DNA of 30,692 bases, taken from a virus (Duplodnaviria; Caudoviricetes). The notes beneath the pieces are model-generated. The model ran no database searches. It worked only from the letters and a program-made list of their open reading frames with translations, and was not told the DNA's origin. A program made the translations under genes and the position numbers. The stretch lies in the IMG/VR virus record IMGVR_UViG_3300020045_002124, positions 1 through 30,692 of that record; one strand, given 5' to 3'. Shown here piece after piece: positions 1 through 9,136 of this stretch. How positions within the stretch are numbered: the first letter of the stretch is position 1; every line of letters begins with the position of its first letter.

Positions 1-121
1 AGATAGGCACTTCCATGTGCCAAGGTGAACCTAATAAGGGGTTGTCTCAACTGTGTAGCTAGCGGCTGGGGCAGCTAGGGCAGTGGAGAGGAAGTAGGCG
101 AATTCGTCGATGGTTGCTAAG
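1..121. repeat. Left copy of exact 121-bp terminal inverted repeat
   Basis: 1..121 is the exact reverse complement of 30572..30692; the first mismatch is at 122/30571. Hand count gives 64/121 G+C (53%). Confidence 0.99.
6..21 (-). other. Short hairpin just downstream of the stop of 31..1317 (mirror copy 30672..30687)
   Basis: GGCAC-ttccat-GTGCC forms a 5-bp stem with a 6-nt loop. No U-tract is visible before the window ends. Confidence 0.45.
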
Positions 122-1317
122 CGGAGTTCAAGTTCTATAGGTTCACCATAGATATAGTCTATACATGGATGCGTTGCTACTAATGTACCATTTAAGTAAA
201 AGTATAGGAGAAGGTCTTTACGTTCTACAGATATAGCATCAAACCCTACCGTAGCTGGTGCTATTCCAGTGTTGGTATAATCAAATTCGCTATTACCTAG
301 GCAATACGACCCGTTTCTTACTATAAGAAGTGTTCTATGTCCATCAGAACCTATTATTGGGGTGTAAGCTCTGCCGTCAGAGCGGTATCGTAGACGGTAT
401 GTAAAGTCCCCATATTCAGGAAAGCTAGTTGGCATTGCATAGATTAGAACGTCAGTTAGGGCTGTTGCAGAGTTGCCAAAGACACCTGTGGTTAGGGATA
501 GAGTTCCTGTTGTGGTAATGGTTGGGGTTATTGGGGAGGTGGAGGAGTCAAGGGGAGGGAGGGAGGCGAAGTGGAGGAGGAGGGATGGTTTTGCAACTAG
601 CTCAGAACGAACAGACACAACTGGACTTACTGCAACTACACCACCAGTAGTTCCGCCTATTCTTAATTGAACTTGAAAAGTCTCTACACCTTCAATCAAA
701 GCATCAGCAACTATCCCTACAAAGAAACTTGCACTGGAGGATGTTATACTAATTGCACCTGATTGTGGTGTAACATCAGTAGAACTTGTAGTTATATTGT
801 GTATTGTCCAGTATAAGGTAGTTCCATCAGGTACATTTGAAGTTGCAACTGAGCAAGCAAGGTTATATGGTTCGTATACATCTGTAGTAGCTACGTTTAC
901 TAGGTAAGTCGGTACTGGGTCAATAGGTATTAGCACATTAGCTAGGCGATTGCCCTCAACTAAAGTAAACTCCATATCATAGACCTTAACTCTTGTGTTA
1001 TTAGCTAAGATTTTATAGTACCTACTCTTTCTCCAAGCTGTTGGCTTGAAATAATAGCCAACGACGGCATCTATCGGCGACTTAAAGCTCACCAAGTCCC
1101 CAAGTGCTTGCACACTGAACAAGGTTTCCACCTCAGCAAGCTCAACTTCTGTTAATCCAATATACTTAAGGTCATAAGTTGTCTGACTATTGTCAACTCC
1201 AACACCTATCTTACGGACGTATTGATTGTTAGCCTTACAACTTTTGTTAGTAAAGCTAACTTTCTTAGTATAACTGCTAGACAGTTTGTTAGCAAATGGT
1301 AGTATATAAACGGTCAT
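31..1317 (-). CDS. gpM/Dit-like distal tail protein fused to Calx-beta/Ig-like and LamG/ConA-like domains (candidate receptor-binding protein)
   Basis: N-terminal ~125 aa resemble lambda gpM (YVRKIGVGVDNSQTTYDLKY...AEVETLF). Middle region NVPDGTTLYWTI...ADALIEGVETFQVQLR is Calx-beta-like. C-terminal SLLLHF...DSS...YFYLNGTLV...IDEFAY is LamG-like. It lies downstream of the tape measure gene. Confidence 0.75.
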   Translation of the reverse strand: MTVYILPFANKLSSSYTKKVSFTNKSCKANNQYVRKIGVGVDNSQTTYDLKYIGLTEVELAEVETLFSVQALGDLVSFKSPIDAVVGYYFKPTAWRKSRYYKILANNTRVKVYDMEFTLVEGNRLANVLIPIDPVPTYLVNVATTDVYEPYNLACSVATSNVPDGTTLYWTIHNITTSSTDVTPQSGAISITSSSASFFVGIVADALIEGVETFQVQLRIGGTTGGVVAVSPVVSVRSELVAKPSLLLHFASLPPLDSSTSPITPTITTTGTLSLTTGVFGNSATALTDVLIYAMPTSFPEYGDFTYRLRYRSDGRAYTPIIGSDGHRTLLIVRNGSYCLGNSEFDYTNTGIAPATVGFDAISVERKDLLLYFYLNGTLVATHPCIDYIYGEPIELELRLATIDEFAYFLSTALAAPAASYTVETTPY

Positions 1318-1628
1318 CGGACTTTCCTGAAAGATGCTTGTATTTTTGGCTTATTACCTTGAACAGTTATGGTAAAACCCTCTTCCATGAGGTAACGAGC
1401 CGACTCATAGGTGAAACGCTCAGTAGCTTTAGCACTTCGGAAGATAGTTTCCATACTCTGCACCTCTGCGTAGGTTAAATTACCCCATTCAAAGTCCACA
1501 ACCTCCCCAAGACTATGTGGATTAAGACTGTGGATGTCTTTAGAAACCTGCCCAAATGTCACTACGTCTACAACTGCGTTACTAGACTGGTTTTTAAGTA
1601 TTTTACATGGTAAGGGCATTGCTAGCAT
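1314..1628 (-). CDS. gpM/Dit-like minor tail protein (short paralog)
   Basis: 104 aa, immediately after the tape measure gene, with an ATGA overlap into the next gene. The pattern FEWGNLTYAEVQSMETIF...ASFRKV is gpM-like. Confidence 0.65.
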   Translation of the reverse strand: MLAMPLPCKILKNQSSNAVVDVVTFGQVSKDIHSLNPHSLGEVVDFEWGNLTYAEVQSMETIFRSAKATERFTYESARYLMEEGFTITVQGNKPKIQASFRKVR

Positions 1629-1629
1629 C

Positions 1630-4600
1630 TTAGTGTCCTCCAGTTTTCATCTTATTGTATCTGTTAAGTTCCTTCTTAGCTTCCTCACGGGCAATAGCCT
1701 TGTAGATTTCCACCCCAGTATCTTTACCAAACTGTTGTGGGTTAGAAGTACCTTCTGGAACAGCTACATTAATGTTGTAGACATTGGAGTTCTTACCAGT
1801 TGGTTTAGCAGAACTGGAAGTGGCAGTACCTCCTACAAGACCACCAGTTGCATAACCTTGCGTGTTCATTGTATTTAGATTATCAAGTCCAAGTTGTGCT
1901 ACTTGCTCTGGACTTATTACCACTTCACCATGACTTAGTTTAATCAGGCGAGCCTTCTTAGCCTTTGCAGAAGCCTTCGCATTAAGAACATAGCTACCAA
2001 TTGGTACAACAGAAGGAATACTATCAGAAGTTCCAGTACCAGTACCGCGAACATCACCGCCAGTTGCAAAACCAGCGATACCTATTGCAGAAGTTGCACC
2101 AGTAGAGCCAAGGCTTCCACCGCCAGACATACCGCCAATACCTCCAGAGATTAAACTCATTACACCCTTCATAGCCATCATCTTAAGTTCATTCATAAGA
2201 ATCTCTTGAACCATTTTAGCGAAGTCTATAGCTACATTCCTGAAAGCTTCCCTAGCTGTTTGCGCTCCATTTGCCCAGTCTACAAAGGCATTACCTATCG
2301 AGTCTATAGTTTCTTTAGAAGCCTGTTCAAAGACGGCATCTTTAGCAGTTTTTAACTCATTAAGTTTACCAGTTAGCTCCTCAGCTCTAGTTTGAAGTTT
2401 ATCTAGTTCAGACCCAGTAGAAGTTTCTTGAAGTTTCTTATTATAAGAAAGTTCTGAATCATAGGTATTTTTCAGAGCTGCACCACTCTGCTTCGCCCAA
2501 GCTTCCTTAGCCATAGCTTCTGAGAATCTTCCACCGCTACCAAAACGAACTACGTCAGTATTAGCTAGCTTAGCTTGGGCTAATCCTTCTTTAGACCCTG
2601 TAGTTTCCTCTGCTTTAGCTAATCTAGCCTTCATAAGTTCAACTTGGCTAAGTTGCTTAACTTGTTTATCCATTATAGCTAGAAGTTCTGTATTCTTAGT
2701 AACTTCTTCCGCAGTAAGTCCACTATTCTTATCAGCCAAACGTAGTTTCTCTTGGTAAACAAGTTTAATAAGTTCTTCATTATTAAGGTCTTGTTGCTGT
2801 AAGATAGTTTTCTCATTATAGATTCCTAGACTTTCTTCAAGAGACTTCTGAATCTCAAACTGTCTTCTAGCTAAAGCATCTTGCAGTGGGAGAATCTTAT
2901 TAAGTTCCATAGTAGCTTTGTCTTTTAGGACTTCGGCAGATAGACCAGCTCGTTCCTTTTCCAGACCTATTATTTCAGCAGAAAGTCCTAACTTAGTAGC
3001 TTCCTCTACAGTTCTTCCAAGTGTATCTTTGGTATTCTTAATTAAAGCATCTATTTGTGGGAGTAACTTAGTTTCGTAATCTATATTAATAGCAGAGGTT
3101 TTAGCTGAACGCTGTTTCTCTGTTAAGGGGCTTACTGAATTATCTAGTTTAGCTAGTTCTGTTTCCTTTTGTGTCTTAGTAAGCTGTAATGACGCTTGTA
3201 AAGTTGCTTTAGTATCTGCTAAACTAGCTAATAAAGTTGCTTTAGCGGACTCAACATCAGCCTGTTGTTTCTCAATATCTTGTTCTTTACCCTTTTGAAC
3301 ATTAGCTTCCAACTTACGTTGAATCTCTAAAGCATTTTGGGCAATGGGGTCTGCACCCGACTTAACATAACCAGCAGAAGGTAGATAGGTCTTAGCAATA
3401 TCACGTCTAACTGCTTGGTCTTTAGTAGTATACTTAGGACGTTCATAAGAAGCAGTAACTACGTTGACGGCATCCGCTACAGTGCTAGTTGCTTTAAGTA
3501 ACTCACCTGCCCTAGCTTCTGTATTCTTAAGCTCCCAATCAACAAAAGCCCATTGTTCTTGTTGGGAACTTCCTTTTATGGACTTACCAAAGGCTTTAGC
3601 AAAGTTAGCTTGTCTATCTGGATGCCATTGAGCATTTCCATAAGCCTGACCACCATCACCTATAGCAGATGGGTTAAAACCACTTTCAGCTTGTAAACTT
3701 GCAGTTATACCCATAGCCTGAGCTGGTTTCCAACCTTTACTTATAAAGAAGTCAATGGCTTGTTTAGCCGAATCCGTTGCAGTAGTATTGGAAAGTCCTG
3801 CTGTACTTAACGTAGTAGTTTCTACTTGTTGTACATTACTAGGGTCAGTATTAGTAGCAATCTTTTTTAAGAAATCATTGGAAGTAGTAGTTCCCTCTGC
3901 TACACGCAATTGCAACGCATTATGTTCTGTGGTTATTTTAGCATATTCATCTCTAGCTTTATCTAATGCTTTAGTTTGTTCAATGATAGCTGTATTTGTA
4001 ACATCTATCTTATCGAAAAGTGGTTTTGTAGGATTAGCCTTATTCCATTCCTCTACAGCTCTAGTTTTTAGTTCTTGTGAAACTGTTCCAGAACCTAAAG
4101 CTTTTTCTGCGGCGTTCTTATCACTATAAGGACTTCCTTGTAGTGTTGGTAAAATTCCAACTATGTTAGCCCTAGCTTCTCTAAGTTTAAATAATTTAGC
4201 TTCTTGCGTAGCCGCTAGTTTAGCTTGGTTTGAGTTTTCTAACTTAGCATCCCCAACAAGTTCCACTCTATGAAGTTGTTCTTTAAGTAAGGCATTTTCA
4301 TCTGCTAAAGCTTTCTTGTTAGCTTTATAAATTTCATCTTGTAGATTTTTAGTTTGTGATAGGGCTTTGCCTTTTGTAATAGTTCCTAAAGCTTCTTGAG
4401 ACTGTACTTTAGTAATCTCTAGTTGAAGTTCTTTAACTCTTAAAGAAGTTTGACCTTGAAGTCTTTGTGTAGCTATATCAAATTCAGTTGTGATACGTTG
4501 TAAGGCTATGGTAACGGTCTTATTCATACCTTCCATAGTCTGCTCTACTGTTCCAGTAGTTCCAGCTAGTAAAGCTTCCTTAACTTTTTCATTAACATAT

Positions 4601-7600
4601 TCTGTTTGTCTAGCAGCTTCTTCGGCGGTAGCTTCTAGTTGGGCTTTTTGCTCTGCTTTATTATAAGAGAGTTTAACAACAGCAGTTGCTATAGGAAAAC
4701 CCCTTTGAAGTAAGCTACCTGCTTGACTTGCTAAAGACTCTTTAGGTTGTTTACCACCACTAGCAATAAGCCTTTCCCTTTCTATATCTTTAGATATAGG
4801 TGTTAGTACATTTTCCTTAACAAGATTCCAGTATTTCTCTGCCTTTTCAGTTAATAAGTCCCAACTTCCCAATACTACATCACCAACAGTAATACTTCTT
4901 TGTACTTCTGTAGCTTTACCATCTAGCTTATCCATTGAGGATATAACTTTTGTAGTCCCAACTTCTAAGTCTTTAAGAACCATAATAGCAGTTCCAATAA
5001 TGGCAACTAACTTAACCCAAGGTGGTATAGCTGCTAAAGCTCCTGTAGTAAAGTTTTTAATAGTTTGCCATAGACTCAGTTCACTTACAGCTACACTTGT
5101 ACCCAACATAGTAGTCTGTGCAGCCGCAAAAGCAATAACAGCCTTACTAGCTTGCATATACGCAACTGTCGCTTTACCTAAGTGCATTATTAAAGCACCT
5201 CCTAAAGCAACTCCAGCTACTACAGTAATGTTTGCTAAACCTGTCATATGTTTGGTTAGAAAATCTATTGCGGCAGTAGCTATGCTTAAGCCACCTTTAA
5301 TAGCTCCTTGTGATTCTTTATAAACCCTAGTGGCAAAGTTAGTCCAAGCAGTTGATAACCTTTGAATATGTGCATTAACACCTTGACTTGCGTACTCCAA
5401 ACTAGCGGGGTCAGCAAACATAGCCGCATAGGTTCTTGAGAAGTTAAGAATAGTCTCTTTCGGAACTACCAAACCTTTCTTCATGTCATCCATTAACTGC
5501 CTAGTTGTCTTCCCCATACTAAGTGCAAAGATATTAACAGCCGCAGGTAGTTGATTACCCAACTGACGTTTCAACTCTTCCATCATTACTTGATTCTTTG
5601 CATACATTTGGTTCAATGCTGTAAAGGCACTCTTCATCTTATCGGCTGGAAGATGGAGAACCATACCAGCTTTTGAAATGTTAGCAAAGATTTCCTGAAT
5701 GTTCTCTACTTTCTCACCAGAGAACTTAGCACTTGCAGCAAAGTCTACAAAACTTGAACGTAAGGTGTCGATACTGATACCAGCAGATTGAGCTAGTTCA
5801 TCTAGGAATTTAAGTTCTTGATTTACCTTAGTAGTTACACTGAATACAGCCTTTAAGGTTGCATAGGTAGTTTCAAATTGTAAACCTGCTTCTGGTACAC
5901 TACGCAGTGCATTTGTGAATGTATTAACAGCCGCATTGATAAGTTTATAACCAACAACTAGGTCAAAGATACGTTCTAGGAAAGGTTTATGGACTTTATC
6001 TAAGTCTATTAATTTTTCTTTGTGTTTTTCTTGTAAAGCAATAGCTTCCTTAACTCTTTGGTTATAGGCAGTCTGTGTCTCATACATTCCTTTGATAAGT
6101 CCTGTTTGCTTATCTGCTGTAGCTCTCAGGTCTGCAGCACTACCCGTAGAAGCGTTCTTAGCTACGCCACTAAAAGAAGCCCCATCATAGATACCACCTT
6201 TAGCAGTTTGCAACATAGAAGCTTTATGAGCTGCTATTTGTTGTTCTCTGGCTATAGTTGCGTCAATTCTAGCTTTATCAGCGGCTTCTATGCGTTTAAT
6301 AGAGGCAAGATTTTGAGCTTCTACTTTCTGAATAGCTGAAAGTTTAGCTGATTCTGCCCAACTGATTCTTTGTTGTTCTATTTGTTGTTGTCGTGAAGAG
6401 GTTTCACTAGCTAAACGAACTTGGTTGTCTGAGATAAGTTTCGCAGACGCAAGGGATTGTTGTGTGATTTGAGAAAGCCTTTCCAAGTCTTTTCTAGCTA
6501 GTAAACTTTTAATAGTAGCATCTCGTTCCTCTTTAGTTGCTTTAGTTGTAGCTTCAATACTTCTTAGACGTGAATTTTGTTTATCTATTAGAGTTTGAAT
6601 CTTAGCAGAAGTTTTATCGTAAGCTGCATTAAGTGTTAGAGCATCACTATGTAACTTAGAATTAGCCTGAAACATTTGTTTCATTGCGTTTGCATTATTT
6701 GATATAGCTTGGTTATAAGCAGTTAAAGCTTGTCCCTTAACTTTTAACTCATCTGTAGCTAACTTTGCAACCCTAGCTAACTCAGCTTGTTCAAACTGTT
6801 TTTGCTCATTTGCAAAGGTATTCCAACGTGAACGCATCTTTGCTAGTAGCTCTTCTTCTTGTTTAAGAAGGAAATTAGCTAACTCTTGTTCATCTTTTTT
6901 ACGTTGTATAGAAGTTTCTTCTGAAAGTTTAGCTTGTTTGGCAAAGTAGGAATCTCCCAGTTTTGTACCAAACATTGATGTATCTTCTGATAATTTAAAA
7001 GCAGAGGTTTTAGCAGTAGGCAATCCAATTGGTCTTGCCCCTAACATTTGTTGGTCAATATACTTCTTAGTACCAGCAGCTAACTGCTGTTTCTTAGCTA
7101 TCTCAATATCAAGTTCTTTAATAAGAGTTTTCTCAGCAGAAACTTCCCTACCCTTTGCTTGGATAGCTTCCCAAGCTAATTTACCTAGCTTGTTATGTTC
7201 AGCTTCTAAAGCTTGTAAGTCGGCTATATAAGGTTTAAAACTAGCAGAAGCAAAAGGAGACTTACTTGGGTCATATTGACTAGGTGTAGTCTGCTTAGTA
7301 AAGAATTTCTGAGATATTTGTGTAGTAAGTTCTATTTGTTTAACTAGCTCTGCTCTTCTAGCAATTTCATTTTGAATACTTTGTTTATGTAAGGTTTGTT
7401 TCTCTGTTTCCAAACTAGCTTGATTAACAATAGCTTTCTTCATGCTATTGTACAAAGCATTATCAGTTGCTTCTTGTTTAGCTATGAAAGCCTTTTCTTG
7501 CGTAAGCATAACTTCTTTGTTTGCAAAAATAGACTCAGAAGCTTTAAGACCAGATAGTTGTGGAAGTTGAATAGCTTTACTTGCATTAGCTAATCTTAAA

Positions 7601-8421
7601 TCTTCTTGTTTTTTGTAGAAGTTGGTTAAAAGAGTTTCTGCTTCTTTAAGATTTGATTTATAGCTATTAAGAGCTTTAGCAGTTCCAAAGACCATTCCGT
7701 CTAATTCATGAGTAGCTCCTTTGAAACTTGGTTGTTGTATAGGATTCTTCTCAGTTAGTTTACTAACAGCATCCTTAACCCTTTGTACATTAGTCTCAAG
7801 AATCTTTACTTCATTTGCGGTAAGAATATCAGAAGCTTTCCAATTACTAACTTTAGGAGCTTTTGTTAAAAGGTTTGTCATAGTCTCTGTAGCAGACACT
7901 TTTCTAGCTCTTTGGTCTATCTCAGCTAACAACTTCTTCTTACGAGTTATCTCTTCTAAAGCATAGAGTTCTTTCTCCATACTTTTAGCTAACTTATCAT
8001 GGTAATCTATTTGTTGTTGGATATTTGTGATAGACTTACTAGCATCAGCTAGACCTTGTGAGAAAGTTCCTTTTTGAGTTTGACCAAGTGCAGCTTTTCT
8101 AAGGGATTCTAAGGCTACTTTTTCTTTAGTCAGTAAGGCTACAATGTCTTGTGAATGAATTGCTCTAGCGGCATAATCTCTACTAGCAGTCTCTTTTAAA
8201 GTTTGCATAGCCTTAGCTAACTCTAAAACTTTCTGGTTAGCATTGGCAGTGCCTCCGAAAGCTTTAGCAATCCAAGTGCTTTCGCCTATTTTTCCTAAAT
8301 CAGTTGATAGAACATGTAAGTTCTTGTTAAGCACAGCTTCAACTTCTTGTACCTTTTTAAAACCTTCTGTTACTTTGGTAACATCCAAGGCTAGTACATA
8401 GGTTATTTTAGACTCAGCCAT
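1630..8421 (-). CDS. Tail tape measure protein with internal phage tail lysozyme domain
   Basis: ~2260 aa, Ala/Lys/Gln-rich and helical. Tape-measure core ALNQMYAKNQVMMEELKRQLGNQLP; lysozyme-like segment ~3382-3769 (GITASLQAESGFNP...AYGNAQW); lambda-type C-terminus FATGG...TSDSIP. Start placed at ATG 8421, which follows a GGAG RBS. Confidence 0.93.
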   Translation of the reverse strand: MAESKITYVLALDVTKVTEGFKKVQEVEAVLNKNLHVLSTDLGKIGESTWIAKAFGGTANANQKVLELAKAMQTLKETASRDYAARAIHSQDIVALLTKEKVALESLRKAALGQTQKGTFSQGLADASKSITNIQQQIDYHDKLAKSMEKELYALEEITRKKKLLAEIDQRARKVSATETMTNLLTKAPKVSNWKASDILTANEVKILETNVQRVKDAVSKLTEKNPIQQPSFKGATHELDGMVFGTAKALNSYKSNLKEAETLLTNFYKKQEDLRLANASKAIQLPQLSGLKASESIFANKEVMLTQEKAFIAKQEATDNALYNSMKKAIVNQASLETEKQTLHKQSIQNEIARRAELVKQIELTTQISQKFFTKQTTPSQYDPSKSPFASASFKPYIADLQALEAEHNKLGKLAWEAIQAKGREVSAEKTLIKELDIEIAKKQQLAAGTKKYIDQQMLGARPIGLPTAKTSAFKLSEDTSMFGTKLGDSYFAKQAKLSEETSIQRKKDEQELANFLLKQEEELLAKMRSRWNTFANEQKQFEQAELARVAKLATDELKVKGQALTAYNQAISNNANAMKQMFQANSKLHSDALTLNAAYDKTSAKIQTLIDKQNSRLRSIEATTKATKEERDATIKSLLARKDLERLSQITQQSLASAKLISDNQVRLASETSSRQQQIEQQRISWAESAKLSAIQKVEAQNLASIKRIEAADKARIDATIAREQQIAAHKASMLQTAKGGIYDGASFSGVAKNASTGSAADLRATADKQTGLIKGMYETQTAYNQRVKEAIALQEKHKEKLIDLDKVHKPFLERIFDLVVGYKLINAAVNTFTNALRSVPEAGLQFETTYATLKAVFSVTTKVNQELKFLDELAQSAGISIDTLRSSFVDFAASAKFSGEKVENIQEIFANISKAGMVLHLPADKMKSAFTALNQMYAKNQVMMEELKRQLGNQLPAAVNIFALSMGKTTRQLMDDMKKGLVVPKETILNFSRTYAAMFADPASLEYASQGVNAHIQRLSTAWTNFATRVYKESQGAIKGGLSIATAAIDFLTKHMTGLANITVVAGVALGGALIMHLGKATVAYMQASKAVIAFAAAQTTMLGTSVAVSELSLWQTIKNFTTGALAAIPPWVKLVAIIGTAIMVLKDLEVGTTKVISSMDKLDGKATEVQRSITVGDVVLGSWDLLTEKAEKYWNLVKENVLTPISKDIERERLIASGGKQPKESLASQAGSLLQRGFPIATAVVKLSYNKAEQKAQLEATAEEAARQTEYVNEKVKEALLAGTTGTVEQTMEGMNKTVTIALQRITTEFDIATQRLQGQTSLRVKELQLEITKVQSQEALGTITKGKALSQTKNLQDEIYKANKKALADENALLKEQLHRVELVGDAKLENSNQAKLAATQEAKLFKLREARANIVGILPTLQGSPYSDKNAAEKALGSGTVSQELKTRAVEEWNKANPTKPLFDKIDVTNTAIIEQTKALDKARDEYAKITTEHNALQLRVAEGTTTSNDFLKKIATNTDPSNVQQVETTTLSTAGLSNTTATDSAKQAIDFFISKGWKPAQAMGITASLQAESGFNPSAIGDGGQAYGNAQWHPDRQANFAKAFGKSIKGSSQQEQWAFVDWELKNTEARAGELLKATSTVADAVNVVTASYERPKYTTKDQAVRRDIAKTYLPSAGYVKSGADPIAQNALEIQRKLEANVQKGKEQDIEKQQADVESAKATLLASLADTKATLQASLQLTKTQKETELAKLDNSVSPLTEKQRSAKTSAINIDYETKLLPQIDALIKNTKDTLGRTVEEATKLGLSAEIIGLEKERAGLSAEVLKDKATMELNKILPLQDALARRQFEIQKSLEESLGIYNEKTILQQQDLNNEELIKLVYQEKLRLADKNSGLTAEEVTKNTELLAIMDKQVKQLSQVELMKARLAKAEETTGSKEGLAQAKLANTDVVRFGSGGRFSEAMAKEAWAKQSGAALKNTYDSELSYNKKLQETSTGSELDKLQTRAEELTGKLNELKTAKDAVFEQASKETIDSIGNAFVDWANGAQTAREAFRNVAIDFAKMVQEILMNELKMMAMKGVMSLISGGIGGMSGGGSLGSTGATSAIGIAGFATGGDVRGTGTGTSDSIPSVVPIGSYVLNAKASAKAKKARLIKLSHGEVVISPEQVAQLGLDNLNTMNTQGYATGGLVGGTATSSSAKPTGKNSNVYNINVAVPEGTSNPQQFGKDTGVEIYKAIAREEAKKELNRYNKMKTGGH

Positions 8422-8444
8422 AATAAAGAACTCCAAAAGGTATT

Positions 8445-8474
8445 AAAAAAGAGGGAGTAGCTAACTACTCCCTT
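8445..8474 (-). terminator. Rho-independent terminator between chaperone and tape measure genes
   Basis: 9-bp stem agggagtag/ctactccct with a 4-nt loop, followed by a T-run on the minus strand. Confidence 0.75.
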
Positions 8475-8492
8475 AAACATCACACGAGGAAA

Positions 8493-8936
8493 CTATGAAT
8501 TACTAGCAGTGTTCTGGATAGCACTTAAAGCAGCAGAACGTAACGCATCTCTGTATGGGAATGAAGCCCATAGTAATTCAAAGTATTTATCTAAGTCACC
8601 TTGAGCTTGTACAGAAGTAACTTTAATAGTCTTACCAGAGTCCTCTTGACCACGAACATTCTTAAAATCTACTATATGTTTGCGAATAAACTCTTTAACA
8701 TCTGTAGCTTCATTTACTACAGAACTCTCCCAGATACTTTGATTACTATCTTTCATATCCTCTAAAGTCTTTTGATTGCTTTCTGCTATTTTATCAAACT
8801 CAGCTAAGATTTTATTAGCTTCTAATATAGGATAGCGTTTGAACTCTACTTGTAAGTTATCCCCTTTACCAGAACTGTCCTTAACTTTAACATCAATGAT
8901 TACGGTAGGGGTTTGTAAGGCTAATGAGTATTGCAT
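8493..8936 (-). CDS. Tail assembly chaperone (gpG-like)
   Basis: Lies between tail tube and tape measure genes; GGAG RBS before ATG 8936; visibly similar to the N-terminal half of 9137..9862 (SFPY motif). Confidence 0.65.
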   Translation of the reverse strand: MQYSLALQTPTVIIDVKVKDSSGKGDNLQVEFKRYPILEANKILAEFDKIAESNQKTLEDMKDSNQSIWESSVVNEATDVKEFIRKHIVDFKNVRGQEDSGKTIKVTSVQAQGDLDKYFELLWASFPYRDALRSAALSAIQNTASNS

Positions 8937-8957
8937 GATTATCTCCAAAGAGTTTAT

Positions 8958-9113
8958 TTAAATGATTTGTGGTAGATTAGTTAAAGCAGTTTCAATTATC
9001 TGTAAGCGTAGTTTTAGGACTTCAACTTCTAAGGCATTACTTGGCTTAGGTTGTACTTTAAGTTCTTCATGTAACTCGGCTAGTTCTTTTAGTGCTTCTT
9101 TTTTAGTATTCAT
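8958..9113 (-). CDS. Small helical hypothetical protein (51 aa; not in ORF track)
   Basis: Hand translation MNTKKEALKELAELHEELKVQPKPSNALEVEVLKLRLQIIETALTNLPQII. It fills the gap in the operon and has a GGAG upstream. Confidence 0.6.
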   Translation of the reverse strand: MNTKKEALKELAELHEELKVQPKPSNALEVEVLKLRLQIIETALTNLPQII

Positions 9114-9136
9114 CTCTATCTCTATCTCCAAAGAAT

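Noticed and set aside
1-121. Diversity-generating retroelement VR/TR pair (~120-bp repeat at the 3' end of an adhesin gene, NNC codons, downstream hairpin)
   Set aside because: The two copies are identical with no adenine-specific mismatches, neither has in-frame AAC/AAT runs expected of a TR, and no reverse transcriptase is in the window. A TR and RT beyond the window cannot be excluded.
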